Origin: a virus
Reading direction: 5' to 3' (one strand)
IMG/VR virus record: IMGVR_UViG_3300032334_000315
Span: 90,690 to 154,689 of that record
Length of the DNA stretch: 64,000 nt
Shown here piece by piece: positions 19,958 to 30,405 of the stretch; position 1 is the first letter of the stretch, and every line of letters begins with the position of its first letter. The notes under the pieces are model-generated. The model was not told where the DNA came from. It made no database searches and saw only the letters and a list, made by a program, of their open reading frames with translations. The position numbers and the translations under genes were made by a program.

Positions 19958-19969
19958 GATACCTTCCGA

Positions 19970-21562
19970 TTAAAATTTGAGTACTAGCTTAATGTTTTCT
20001 GTTTGGTCACCAGCGCGTTCAACTTTTTCTCTATACTCAGTATATAGTATAAAGCCAGTGTTGCGCTGTAGAGCTGGTCCGATACGCGAGACTACGGTAG
20101 CAGTGACACCGGTGGTACCACCTGTAACAGTTTCGCCTGCTAAGAATGTACCACCTGTACCATTTGTCGTCTCGCGGATCACGCGCACGATGCCTTTAGT
20201 TCTTGATGCGTTTGTATTTGCAAAATACACATTTCTAGCTTTAGCACCTGTCGATAGGCCCGTAATAATCTCGTCTGCTTGAAAATCGCCATTGACGCCA
20301 GAGACAACAATTCGTGTGCATTGGTCAATGACAGATGCGTTAGCAGTTCTACCATCAGCAAGCAATGGATCACGCATTAGTCCGATGATACGGAAATCAT
20401 TGTTTGATGCAAACGTGTTAGCTTCCGATCCAATTAGATTCACGTTAATCATTACATTATAACCGCGCAACTCATCAACGGGATCTGATCCGTGACCACC
20501 GATTGGAGGAATAATCGCATACGCACTTGCGCCTGAGCCATACAATGGATTACTACCGAATGATACGTTAGCTTGCGAGTAGTCTTCACCATTTTGAATT
20601 ACCGTGATTTTATTGATAAACCCACCAGCACAATTTGACACATAGGCCGATACTCTGGTTCCAACTGATCTACCACTATCACCGCGAACAATCACACGAG
20701 GAGAAATATAGTATTCGCTTGTAGTGTCTGGTATTGTGGTAAACGCATTATTTACAGTCAGAATTCTAGTTGCGCCTCTGTAATTCGTAATCGTTCTAAT
20801 TTGACCAGAACCAGTTCCAGCTCTAATGAATAAAGAAGAACCTGCATATGCGCCATCAAGATTTGTAGCACTATCTTTCAACACAAACGATGTTGCATTA
20901 GTCACAGTGAGAAAAGTATTTGAATTGCATAGATAATTGCTGCCGGTATTACTCACAAGGATGGTATGAATCGCACCATTAGCCGCATTATCCTGAACTG
21001 TCCACTGTGCGCTGCTATCTTGACTCTGTAACGTCTTAACTGGCATCCACGCAGGAGTCAAAAACTTTAGTGCTTCGCCAGCTGAAATGGTATACAGATA
21101 TTTCCAACGATAACCATCGGCCGTTGATATAATTGTAGTACCAGTTCCAGTTGGCTTAACTGTTGACGGACCATACTTATTATTGTCGATGACTTTATAT
21201 ACGTTATTTTCATTTGTTAACACATAGTAATTGTGTTCTTGGATCGTATGATTTATATAAAGTTGTAAATTCTCTTGGTCATCCCACTCATCATAAACTG
21301 TACCTGATGTCCAATCGTAGCGCGGCACCACATGCGAAACATCCGATGGTTGAATACGCTTGACCGACATAATGTCGCGCCACTGATTATAGTATGTTTC
21401 TTGATATGTATCCGTTGGATTTGGTGGATCAACTTCATTATTCCATGCAAAACTTTTTCCGATAAAGAAAAAGTAATGCGTAGGAGATGCTTCACCAAAC
21501 GATTCAAAAAATTGAATCGCGTTGTGAATCCTGAAATGTGAAGTAATTAATCCACCAGCCAT
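19970..21562 (-). CDS. gp8: Baseplate wedge subunit gp8
   Basis: ITSHFRIHNA..F, VPRYDWTSGTVY, VYKVIDN, DGYRWKYLY, GGHGSDPVDEL, C-terminal QTENIKLVLKF. Confidence 0.88.
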   Translation of the reverse strand: MAGGLITSHFRIHNAIQFFESFGEASPTHYFFFIGKSFAWNNEVDPPNPTDTYQETYYNQWRDIMSVKRIQPSDVSHVVPRYDWTSGTVYDEWDDQENLQLYINHTIQEHNYYVLTNENNVYKVIDNNKYGPSTVKPTGTGTTIISTADGYRWKYLYTISAGEALKFLTPAWMPVKTLQSQDSSAQWTVQDNAANGAIHTILVSNTGSNYLCNSNTFLTVTNATSFVLKDSATNLDGAYAGSSLFIRAGTGSGQIRTITNYRGATRILTVNNAFTTIPDTTSEYYISPRVIVRGDSGRSVGTRVSAYVSNCAGGFINKITVIQNGEDYSQANVSFGSNPLYGSGASAYAIIPPIGGHGSDPVDELRGYNVMINVNLIGSEANTFASNNDFRIIGLMRDPLLADGRTANASVIDQCTRIVVSGVNGDFQADEIITGLSTGAKARNVYFANTNASRTKGIVRVIRETTNGTGGTFLAGETVTGGTTGVTATVVSRIGPALQRNTGFILYTEYREKVERAGDQTENIKLVLKF

Positions 21563-21563
21563 A

Positions 21564-22130
21564 TTAGGCGCTTGCTGTATAAGTTACGTTTACAGTGTCG
21601 CCGCTTGAAACGACCTTATCGCCACCAGTGAATAGACCTACTGAGTAAAGAACGCCAGTTGTGCCATCCTTGGTTGATACCGAGTTCAAGAATGCGCCCT
21701 TGACAGTACCAGAAGAAGTGATAGAGAAAGAAACCGCAGCCGATGTGGCCTTAGATCCAGACGATGCGGCTGACCATGATGGAGTTGGGCGCGCAGCCTG
21801 TGAATATGTTGGGTTATAGGTAGCGCCAGCTTCCAACCAACCTGTGTGTGATGACATTGTGTCACCAGCAGCCACGGCTGTGTAAGATGTGGAGCTGATT
21901 AGGCCCATGTACCAAGCAGCGGTATAAGCGGAACCAGCTAGATACTTGTCTAGGAGGTCATTCTTACCAACTGTGGTTACGAGATTTGAAAACTCATCTG
22001 ACCACTTTACATTACCATCTTCGTCAACGCATGAGACCATGTAGAAACCGGTTACGTTTACGTCTTCGTTCATACCGCCGCCACGAATAACGGAAGCGTC
22101 TGTCATAATATTTGCATCAATCTTTTCCAT
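21564..22130 (-). CDS. Putative virion structural protein
   Basis: Ser/Thr-rich beta-type protein with its own late promoter and GGAG RBS, between gp7 and gp8. Confidence 0.6.
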   Translation of the reverse strand: MEKIDANIMTDASVIRGGGMNEDVNVTGFYMVSCVDEDGNVKWSDEFSNLVTTVGKNDLLDKYLAGSAYTAAWYMGLISSTSYTAVAAGDTMSSHTGWLEAGATYNPTYSQAARPTPSWSAASSGSKATSAAVSFSITSSGTVKGAFLNSVSTKDGTTGVLYSVGLFTGGDKVVSSGDTVNVTYTASA

Positions 22131-22178
22131 CTTTTTCTCCTCTGATTAATGGAATTTGTCTAAGCTATTTAGCTTACC

Positions 22179-22186
22179 TATTTATA
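22179..22186 (-). promoter_or_regulatory. T4-type late promoter TATAAATA
   Basis: Exact consensus upstream of 21564-22130. Confidence 0.75.
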
Positions 22187-22188
22187 TA

Positions 22189-25100
22189 TTATCCCACGCT
22201 GTAAGCAAATGTCGCGTTGGATGTGACTGGAACATAATTTGTGCGAAGCGTCAAGAAGGTATTTGAGAATATCGCATTGACTTGATATGTAGTCGTGCTG
22301 CCGCTGCCTATGGCCGCTGCTATTACTGTTGTTCCTACGCCACCAACTTGAATGTTTCCTGTGTTTGCTCTAAGCGCATTGTTCGCAAACCACGGAATAC
22401 CTTTTGCGATACGTACCAGGCGTGGTGTACCATTGAGTGCGTCGATAACAAATGGGTCGTAAGCTGATATTGTAGCTGAGTCGTAGAAGGATGCGATATT
22501 GTTGGCCATAGTAACCTGAACATAAGTTCCGTTGACCAAAATAATTTTGATGGCCGATGGTGCGTCTGAAACTGCGGTATTTGCTGTGCCGTCTGCTGGA
22601 TATGTGCCGATCGCAGTCTGTATATGTGTGGTCGTAACAGGTTCGGTTGTTGATCCTGGATATGTGCCGATAGCAGACTGCTCATCACTGGTTGCAATGC
22701 TTTCATCAGACGTGCCTGGATAGATACCGGTACCACCAAACGAATCAGTTGTGGCAACATTAGCTGTACCGAGACCAAGGAATCTGACAGTGACAGACGG
22801 ATTACCATTTGCTGTAGCCACTTCTGGACCAACAGCAACGTCCTTAGACACGAATGCGGCAAGAATTTCATTAGGATTAATCTCATTACCCAATGATGAA
22901 TCGGTCGTAATCTTAGTGCCAGAAACAATTTCAGTTGCATATACTGGTTCAAGATTTCTGACATTGTGGATGTTAGAACTGGACTGTGCGAGCGTGAATG
23001 GCAATGAAGCACCAGAACGAATGGTATAAGTACCAAACATTTTTGTGCCAGCTGGATGCACCAAGTTTTTGATAATCTCACGGTACTTATTAACAAGCTC
23101 ATTTATCTGTACAACGTATGAGAATTCTTGATAATAATAGTTGTCTTGGATCTTATTGTTCCAAGACAAAAATCCTTTGGTATCTGTGTAGCGACCAGGC
23201 AGATTCTTAACACCAGATACTAGTGGTGCACCAGCGCCATTGAATGTTGTCTTTAATTTACGGTATGTGGTACCACGATTGCCTGGTGTGGCCTGAATGA
23301 TGACACTATTGCCTTGCGTTACGTTTTGAATTGTAGCAAGTTCGTTTCTATTGAAGTTGGCGCCAGTAGATGTGAGAGCAATACTCACAATTGAACCAGG
23401 AGCATAGTCGGTACTTACGGTAGCATTTCTACCAATAAATCCGCCAAAACCGTCGTCGATGTTTAGAATTGATGTGGTATCATCAACAATACGAATCGTT
23501 GGTAATGTCTCATAGTTATATCCAGGATTGATAATAGAGATAGAGTTGACTGAATATGTTCCTGTTGTAGAGAATGCAAATGCTGTCTGTAGCGTTGAAT
23601 CTACATTAGCCGCAGCAAGACGAATATATGCATCAGCGCCAGGAGCAACAAAACTACCACCAGGTCTAAACACAGACACAAAACTCGTATCACTTATAAC
23701 CGTATGAACACGAAGCGTATTTGCTTGCCCAGGAATACGCACCAACAATCCTGGCTGTAGTTGTGTGCTAAACGATGTACCTATACCAAAAACTGTATTT
23801 GATGTGGACGAAAATGTCAATCTACCAGTTAATTTAGATGAGACGGTAGCTGTGTTTGATCCCATCGACACAAAATAGTTTGGTGCACCAATCATAACTT
23901 CGGCCATAGGACCGATAGGATCACTATTAACCGCAGTGCTTACGGGTGTGAGTGTCCATGAAGCAATACGAACATCTAGACCTTCACCAGATCCACCTTC
24001 AACGATAATTTCAGTATGTTCTTTGGTATATCCAGAACCACCGTCTGTCAATACGACTTCAACGGCACTCTTATTGCTTACTTGCTCGATGATACCATAT
24101 GCTGGCTCAGTTGACGCGGCACCGTTGATTTCAACAAGGTCACCTTTTTCGTGATACGAACCACCGGAAGAGTGATAAGCACCACCCTGTAGAACATTAA
24201 TACCTGTCAACGAACCGAGCTGATTATTAATCGTAGCTGTATTGCCGTATTGATCCGCAACAACCTCACCATCGACAAATAATCCTGATATGGCTTGAAT
24301 TGTTAGGTCGTACACCAAAATACCAGATGCTTCAATGACTTGAATATTTTCTACGCGAGCGACTGCGCGAGATGTTAAACCTGTTATTGTAGTGCCAGTC
24401 ATAACTGTTGGTACGTTATTATATGGCGTACCAACACGAACAACAGTTTCTCTTACCCAACGGCCATCAGATGCGCGAAGGACGTCTTGACCAGGATAAT
24501 AAAACTCAATTTCTTTGTTGAACATTGCACGGAAAATTGTACGAAAAGAATCGTCAGAACCGCGTGTTCTATAAAACTCTCTGATATATTTTGTCATCAA
24601 ACGTTGGTCAGCCATAACATATTTTGGTATGTTTGGCATAAATTCGCGTCTAAAATATGCGATGAACGTATCAAGCGAACGATCTACGTCTTGATTATCA
24701 GGCAATCCACGAATAGCATCAATTGCCATTCCTTGCTGCTCAGCAAACTGGTAGTAACCCTTTAGAAATGAAACAAACTGTGGACCATCTTCACGAATGA
24801 ACCCAGGGAATTGCATTTCAATCTTAGGTGAAATTTTACGATATACGTTTTCAGCACCAGATATTACATGGTTTTCATATACAGGATAATCAACCAGATT
24901 GACAGATTCAAATATGTCAACAGGAATAACACGAACGAATAAGTCTGTGGCAGTTACGCTTTCGGATATGTTTGCTGGGTATATACCTGCACCAACTTGC
25001 GTTACCGCAGCCGTCATCGTTTCAACAATGTTGGTTATAACCCTAGGTGTATCGGTGAGAGAGACGTTTGCCGTACCAGCAGCAAGTGCAGTTACTAGAA

Positions 25101-25275
25101 CAGACTGAACACTGTTGGCAACCGCACGTTCTGAAACGCTTAGATTCCAAACAGGTCCGCCCTGTACGGCCGAAAGCGCGACATTTGCTGTGATTTGAAC
25201 GCCAGCAGTCCATGTTGCAAATGGATCTGCTGAAAGTGTTAAAAATTCTCCGACACTTACTGTATATGTTGCCAT
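22189..25275 (-). CDS. gp7: Baseplate wedge initiator gp7-like protein with repeat extensions
   Basis: QFPGFIRED.PQFVSFLKGYY, IREFYRTRGS, LRASDGRW, IQDNYYYQEFSYV...LVHPAGTKMFG; lies between gp6 and gp8. Confidence 0.8.
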   Translation of the reverse strand: MATYTVSVGEFLTLSADPFATWTAGVQITANVALSAVQGGPVWNLSVSERAVANSVQSVLVTALAAGTANVSLTDTPRVITNIVETMTAAVTQVGAGIYPANISESVTATDLFVRVIPVDIFESVNLVDYPVYENHVISGAENVYRKISPKIEMQFPGFIREDGPQFVSFLKGYYQFAEQQGMAIDAIRGLPDNQDVDRSLDTFIAYFRREFMPNIPKYVMADQRLMTKYIREFYRTRGSDDSFRTIFRAMFNKEIEFYYPGQDVLRASDGRWVRETVVRVGTPYNNVPTVMTGTTITGLTSRAVARVENIQVIEASGILVYDLTIQAISGLFVDGEVVADQYGNTATINNQLGSLTGINVLQGGAYHSSGGSYHEKGDLVEINGAASTEPAYGIIEQVSNKSAVEVVLTDGGSGYTKEHTEIIVEGGSGEGLDVRIASWTLTPVSTAVNSDPIGPMAEVMIGAPNYFVSMGSNTATVSSKLTGRLTFSSTSNTVFGIGTSFSTQLQPGLLVRIPGQANTLRVHTVISDTSFVSVFRPGGSFVAPGADAYIRLAAANVDSTLQTAFAFSTTGTYSVNSISIINPGYNYETLPTIRIVDDTTSILNIDDGFGGFIGRNATVSTDYAPGSIVSIALTSTGANFNRNELATIQNVTQGNSVIIQATPGNRGTTYRKLKTTFNGAGAPLVSGVKNLPGRYTDTKGFLSWNNKIQDNYYYQEFSYVVQINELVNKYREIIKNLVHPAGTKMFGTYTIRSGASLPFTLAQSSSNIHNVRNLEPVYATEIVSGTKITTDSSLGNEINPNEILAAFVSKDVAVGPEVATANGNPSVTVRFLGLGTANVATTDSFGGTGIYPGTSDESIATSDEQSAIGTYPGSTTEPVTTTHIQTAIGTYPADGTANTAVSDAPSAIKIILVNGTYVQVTMANNIASFYDSATISAYDPFVIDALNGTPRLVRIAKGIPWFANNALRANTGNIQVGGVGTTVIAAAIGSGSTTTYQVNAIFSNTFLTLRTNYVPVTSNATFAYSVG
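22596..22735. repeat. 60-nt-period (20 aa) tandem repeat in the gp7 C-terminal extension
   Basis: ctggatatgtgccgat at 22596 and 22656, and a degenerate ctggatagataccgg at 22716 (protein AIGTYP/GIYPG). Confidence 0.7.
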
Positions 25276-25276
25276 C

Positions 25277-27178
25277 TTAGAAGTTATTTAACCTTCCGCC
25301 TGGAATTACAGATGATTGTGTTTGACCAATCGTTTCGATGCTCGTCACGTTAGCTACTACATTTCCAGAAAGATCATCAATAACTTGCACTTTTGATTGT
25401 GCCATTAGCAGAATTTGATTTCGAATAGGAACAATGTTTGTTGTTGTTGGCGCAGCAACAATTGAAATTGTATCACCAATAAAATCTTGTGGTAAAAACG
25501 ATATTAGAGTTACTATACCTTTTTCATAATTAACTGTTCCAGCATTATACGATAGATAATTTCGCGACAAAACTTCAGCGGTTGTGTTTTCAGCAATCGG
25601 ATAATAAATTTGAAGTGTGCCATATCCATTATCGTCAAAATAGCAATTTGGATATCCTTTGAAGGTAAATGGTGATGATGTGATGGTGCCCAAACTTATG
25701 TTATTTGGAATACCGTCAATATAACCACCAAGGCCTTGAATGGGATGATTGAATCTTAGTGTGTATGTGCTTGGTGTTGTCAATGATGGTATGAACATTT
25801 TTTTGGTACGGATTGTGGCATCTGATGTTGTTATGGCGTCATCTGCACTGTCAATCATTTCCAAAAATTTAGAGAAACGAAAACGCTTACCGAACGTATT
25901 TAATTGTGTAGTTTCATAGCTTTTAATTTTTCTCGCAATTTTATCAGCAAGTTCGCCTGGTGTGAGTGTGGTTCCGCGCAGGTCCACGCGAGAGATCACG
26001 CTCGGTATCACATAGAGATATGTTGGGTCTACCATTTCAACGTCGATTGATTGTACGTTATATTTTTTAAGATTCAATCTAATCGTATCTTTGCGATTTG
26101 TTGAAAAAATATTACCAATTTTTGGTTTCGCGCACACAAAAACTTTACCATATATTGGTGGACTATTGTCTTCACCACCCCATGTGCTAATAGCTTGAAT
26201 GTCTGGATTATCGCGCAAAAGGATACGCTCATAATCGTTATTGATAACGGCACGATTTTGTGTTTCATATGCTAGTGGCGCATTACGACGCACCGACTCA
26301 ATATTTTCTAATGCTGCTCCACCAGACGCACGGCCTATCGGTGAAATATAGATGCTTGATTGACCAGCAATCGTTGAATCAATCAAACTAAAATTCTTAA
26401 CACCATTGCACGTTTCACCATTACAGACTCGGTATGATATTTGCACAACGCTTGATGTATCTGGATAATAACCAAACACGCCGTCACCAAATGCTACCTT
26501 ATATTTGTATCCGCGATCCGCTTCGACATAATAAATTTTTGAACTTGAATTAACTGTTAGAATGTCGTCTGCGCGTGTGTACGTTTGCGTATTGCCTGAC
26601 ATAGTTACAGATACGGTTATGCTTGATGTATCAACATTTTCGTTTGGCAAAACAAATGAGGTATTTGATGCGCGATTGAAAAGGAATCTATGCGTCAGTG
26701 GTTCACCTTCTGTGATATTAATATATCCAGAAAAACCACCAACAGAGTTGGCAGTGATTGTGTACGTCTGTGGTGTCACGAATTTAAATGCTGTGCCATT
26801 GACGGATGTAGTGAATCTGGTATTCTTAGGAATTGTTATTGAGCGGAATGTCGCATTGGAAAAACTGTTGGTAAAAATAATTTGCAGATTGGCTGTAGCA
26901 CCACGCGCAGACGACGGAACATATCCTATTGCTTTAGCTCGTGATACCACGCTATCGTAAATTTGTGCGCTATCAAGAAAACCTTCAGTTGTGGCCATAT
27001 TCGCATAGAAAGCCTGATAATATGTGTTGTACGCAAGAAGATCAATCAGTGTACCAATAGCCGAATCTTGGAAATCGTAGTCGGTAAATTCTGGCTTTGC
27101 GGCCATAAAATTGCGTAGATTAGCGCGAATTGACGCGAAGTCTAATCCTGTTACAATGAGATCAGTATTAGCAGCCAT
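25277..27178 (-). CDS. gp6: Baseplate wedge subunit gp6
   Basis: LDFASIRANL...FTDYDF, LLAYNTYYQAFYANM, FGDGVFG, QNRAVINNDYE, WGGEDNSPPIYGKVF. Confidence 0.92.
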   Translation of the reverse strand: MAANTDLIVTGLDFASIRANLRNFMAAKPEFTDYDFQDSAIGTLIDLLAYNTYYQAFYANMATTEGFLDSAQIYDSVVSRAKAIGYVPSSARGATANLQIIFTNSFSNATFRSITIPKNTRFTTSVNGTAFKFVTPQTYTITANSVGGFSGYINITEGEPLTHRFLFNRASNTSFVLPNENVDTSSITVSVTMSGNTQTYTRADDILTVNSSSKIYYVEADRGYKYKVAFGDGVFGYYPDTSSVVQISYRVCNGETCNGVKNFSLIDSTIAGQSSIYISPIGRASGGAALENIESVRRNAPLAYETQNRAVINNDYERILLRDNPDIQAISTWGGEDNSPPIYGKVFVCAKPKIGNIFSTNRKDTIRLNLKKYNVQSIDVEMVDPTYLYVIPSVISRVDLRGTTLTPGELADKIARKIKSYETTQLNTFGKRFRFSKFLEMIDSADDAITTSDATIRTKKMFIPSLTTPSTYTLRFNHPIQGLGGYIDGIPNNISLGTITSSPFTFKGYPNCYFDDNGYGTLQIYYPIAENTTAEVLSRNYLSYNAGTVNYEKGIVTLISFLPQDFIGDTISIVAAPTTTNIVPIRNQILLMAQSKVQVIDDLSGNVVANVTSIETIGQTQSSVIPGGRLNNF

Positions 27179-27606
27179 TAGCGAACCCTATTTAAATTGA
27201 TATCTAGCGAAATGTCGCTTAATGAAGCAATTACTTTGAACCGAATCGTAACATTCATGCCGTTGAGGTCTGGGTATGGTAAAACGCTAACAGTATCAAC
27301 GCCAATATCATCCATAATTTTTACACGAGGCTCAAAGTTTTTGAGTGTGGTATTGATTCTGTTTTCCATGTTGGATTGAATAAACGGCGAAAAATTTTCA
27401 AACAGTTGTGATCTAACATCTCCACCAAATTCTGGTTGAAATGGTCTCTCATACTTGTTTGTTAGAACTAAATTTCTAACAGCCTGCTTTACCGCCTCAT
27501 CATCCTTCTTCATCAAGAGCTTTCCTGTGACTGGATGCTTTCTAAAAGACAGGTCAAAGTCTCTGTAAGATGTTTTATTGAGCGACGATGGTAACTTTTT
27601 AGCCAT
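27178..27606 (-). CDS. gp25: Baseplate wedge subunit gp25
   Basis: YRDFDLSFRKHPVTG, AVKQAVRNLVLTNKYERPFQPEFG, NFEPRV. Confidence 0.92.
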   Translation of the reverse strand: MAKKLPSSLNKTSYRDFDLSFRKHPVTGKLLMKKDDEAVKQAVRNLVLTNKYERPFQPEFGGDVRSQLFENFSPFIQSNMENRINTTLKNFEPRVKIMDDIGVDTVSVLPYPDLNGMNVTIRFKVIASLSDISLDINLNRVR

Positions 27607-27627
27607 TGAGTTTTTCCTTTTATCTGT

Positions 27628-27635
27628 TATTTATT
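27628..27635 (-). promoter_or_regulatory. Late promoter variant (AATAAATA) for gp25/gp6
   Basis: One mismatch to consensus, about 22 nt upstream of the gp25 start. Confidence 0.55.
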
Positions 27636-27647
27636 ACAAAAAAACTC

Positions 27648-27676
27648 TTGACATCCAGTTATTTTTGCGGTATAAT
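27648..27676 (+). promoter_or_regulatory. Perfect sigma70-type promoter facing antisense into the late baseplate operon
   Basis: TTGACA-17 nt-TATAAT with an upstream A-tract. Confidence 0.75.
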
Positions 27677-27703
27677 AAGGATGTTATAACCGGTCAGATA
27701 CTA

Positions 27704-29572
27704 TTACCCATAATCACTACCCACATCAAGACTACCCTGTTGGTCGTAATCGTATCCACCTTCAGATCCTGTATAACTATCATACCCGTCAACAGCAGAC
27801 ATTGGTTCTCTAGTAACTTGCTCTGTTAGTTTTTGTTCAAGCTGACTATTCCAATCTTGTGGGTCATTAAAGTTATCACCTAATTGATACGGATCAGATC
27901 CTCTATCAATAGTTTTGTTTATTGATGCATAATTTGATTCGTTACCAAATTCACCATCAAGATATTTGTATGCTGACGCGCTAGAATCAAACGGTACCTT
28001 AGTGTCAGCCATTACTGCGCCGCCTCTATCTGGTCTAGTTGGTTGTGGTATATTTCCAGCAGCATCGGTTGGTGTTCTTAGCTCTTTATATGCATCGTCA
28101 AGCAAAACAGTGGTGCTTGTCGAAGATGTGGCCGCACCACTATCTATGATACCACCAGACTCAAAGTTTCGATTTGAAAATATATTTGAGACTGAATCGG
28201 CTAATGCTAAACCAGCACTAACGCCAGCAATAATCTGTAGAGCGTTGGCTACCGGTGTATTTGGTCTTATTGCAGGATATCTTCGAACTAACTCAGAATA
28301 AGGCATAGAATAAAGTATATCATATGGAGTAGCACACATCAAGTCTAATTCTTTGGTGTGTCTTTCAATCTGTGTGCTTAGCATCATACGACGAAGTTCA
28401 GCCAATTTTGCAGTATTTGGTCGACTGCTATTACTGCCCCAATTAATAGTGTTGGCATTTCTTGTCAATTTTTGAGTGCCGTATGAAGTCGCAGCTGGAC
28501 TTGATGTGACCATCTTTGCGATACTGGCAGCACTAGCTATTGTTGAAGCTATATTCATGGCTTGCGATAACGGCTTCATAAGATCGGACACGCTGCCAGC
28601 GGCTGCACCTTCAGCAAATAAATTTTTCAGTTCAACAGGTTTAACTGGTTTTGGCGGCGCCGCAGTTTTAATTGGCGGTTTTGCGTCTTTGGTAGGCAGT
28701 TTGCCAGGAATTGGCATCATCTTCATAATGCCATCAGGCGATAGACTTAGGTTTGGAAGCTTAGAAGCGATATCAAATCCAGCGCCTGTTAAAGCACCAG
28801 CCACCATTTGAGTAGCGATTGCATTTGGATTAATCATAGGAAATTTTGATGCCATACCAGCGGCCGCGGCCGCGATAGCAACAGGATTACCAGAACTCAT
28901 AGCTTTAGCCATACCAGCAGCTTGCCCAGCTAAGCTAACTGCACCACCAACAGCACCGGCTGCGGCACCGGCTGCACCGGCTACAGCTCCGAGAGCGCCT
29001 GATGCTGCACCTAGTGCAGCTTTTGCTGCATCTGCGGCTTTAGCAACATCGGCTAATAACCCACCTTTCATTGCCATTGCTATGGCCGATGTTGGTCCTT
29101 TTAGTGCTGCATCCATAGCAGCTTTGACGGCTGTAATTTGCCCTGGAATAGCAATGCTACCTGGACCTAACATCTTTATTGGAAGTTTATCTGTAATTCC
29201 ACTGGCAAGACCTTTCAATCCTTCCATAGCCGCACTTAGGCCTGGCGCAAGCTTACTTACAGCATCGCCCATGCCAGCAAGATCAGCCAATTTACCAGCT
29301 GCGGCTGCGGCTGCAACGCCAGCAACAACAGTAGGAGATAACTGGAATAGAGGCGGTCTATATCCAAGAGGATCACGCATCATAGCTAATGCTATCTGCG
29401 GATTAAACAATTCAGGATGGTCGCGCTGCAAAAGCATAGATTGCTTATGAATTAAGTCTGTACCCATATACTTATATTTTTGTCCGTATAGGGTGTATTC
29501 AACACCAGCAACGATATCCTGCACATCAGCAAGAACCGCTCTAAGTTGGTAATCTATCTGTAACTGATCCAT
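27704..29572 (-). CDS. Ala-rich hypothetical protein at the gp5-gp25 (spike tip) position
   Basis: 622-aa ORF with long Ala/Gly/Met low-complexity helices and an acidic C-terminus. Confidence 0.65.
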   Translation of the reverse strand: MDQLQIDYQLRAVLADVQDIVAGVEYTLYGQKYKYMGTDLIHKQSMLLQRDHPELFNPQIALAMMRDPLGYRPPLFQLSPTVVAGVAAAAAAGKLADLAGMGDAVSKLAPGLSAAMEGLKGLASGITDKLPIKMLGPGSIAIPGQITAVKAAMDAALKGPTSAIAMAMKGGLLADVAKAADAAKAALGAASGALGAVAGAAGAAAGAVGGAVSLAGQAAGMAKAMSSGNPVAIAAAAAGMASKFPMINPNAIATQMVAGALTGAGFDIASKLPNLSLSPDGIMKMMPIPGKLPTKDAKPPIKTAAPPKPVKPVELKNLFAEGAAAGSVSDLMKPLSQAMNIASTIASAASIAKMVTSSPAATSYGTQKLTRNANTINWGSNSSRPNTAKLAELRRMMLSTQIERHTKELDLMCATPYDILYSMPYSELVRRYPAIRPNTPVANALQIIAGVSAGLALADSVSNIFSNRNFESGGIIDSGAATSSTSTTVLLDDAYKELRTPTDAAGNIPQPTRPDRGGAVMADTKVPFDSSASAYKYLDGEFGNESNYASINKTIDRGSDPYQLGDNFNDPQDWNSQLEQKLTEQVTREPMSAVDGYDSYTGSEGGYDYDQQGSLDVGSDYG

Positions 29573-29587
29573 GGATATGAAAACCTA

Positions 29588-30394
29588 TTATGGTGAATGG
29601 AATGGTGGAGATGCAGGACCAGTGCGGCCGTCAAGTGATGGTTGTCCGATATATGTCGTCTTTGTTGTTGTGACAGTTGACGAATCAATCTTAATGCCTG
29701 TAGATCCAACTTTGCTTGTGATATTTGTTCCTGCCAAAACTGTTGTTGCAGCTTCACTATTAATTGTAAGATTGCCAACCGAACTCATACCAAGAGCATC
29801 ACCAGATGCTATGTCCATACCACCGCCGTACAGATAGAACAATCCGCCTACCATTTCATATTTGTCTCCTGCCACGCTGTTGGTATAGTTACCGACAGTT
29901 GTTGACATGTGGTTACCCATTGTGCTGACAGTATTATCACCACCTGTAATAAGATCACGGTTCTTTGATGTTCGGTGTGATGTGTGGCCATTGACTTGAA
30001 CTCTCTGGTCACCACCGTGTTCCTGAAGCGTATTACCATCAGATTTCAAATTAATGTCCTTATGGCTCACTAGTTCAAAATCACCAGCTTCAATCTTCAT
30101 TTTACCAGTGACATTGATTTCGTAGTCACCATCAATCGTAAGACTAAAACGGCCATGCACCACAGTTTCTTTTATGCCATCGACGTACTCTTGGTCATAT
30201 TTTTGAATCTTTGTGATACGCGCACCATCATCTTGGATTTCAATGAATGTTCCGCTCGCGTGATACACGTGGATGCGTCTGTCACCCGGTGAGTTATCAA
30301 TTTCAATCTTGTGCCCAGCCTCTGTTGTCCAGACGTGGTTGCCAAGATACTTTGATTTTTTGCCACCAGGTGGTATTTCTTTGGCTACTGCCAT
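29588..30394 (-). CDS. gp5: Baseplate spike gp5, C-terminal part (beta-helix)
   Basis: NHVWTTEAGHKIEIDNSPGDRRIHVYHASGTFIEI followed by 8-residue VxG-type repeats. Confidence 0.85.
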   Translation of the reverse strand: MAVAKEIPPGGKKSKYLGNHVWTTEAGHKIEIDNSPGDRRIHVYHASGTFIEIQDDGARITKIQKYDQEYVDGIKETVVHGRFSLTIDGDYEINVTGKMKIEAGDFELVSHKDINLKSDGNTLQEHGGDQRVQVNGHTSHRTSKNRDLITGGDNTVSTMGNHMSTTVGNYTNSVAGDKYEMVGGLFYLYGGGMDIASGDALGMSSVGNLTINSEAATTVLAGTNITSKVGSTGIKIDSSTVTTTKTTYIGQPSLDGRTGPASPPFHSP

Positions 30395-30405
30395 AAATCA
30401 TTTCC

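Noticed and set aside
22335-23102. 255-aa alternative-frame ORF inside gp7
   Set aside because: Same-strand out-of-frame ORF with Leu/Gln/His-rich shadow composition and no start signals
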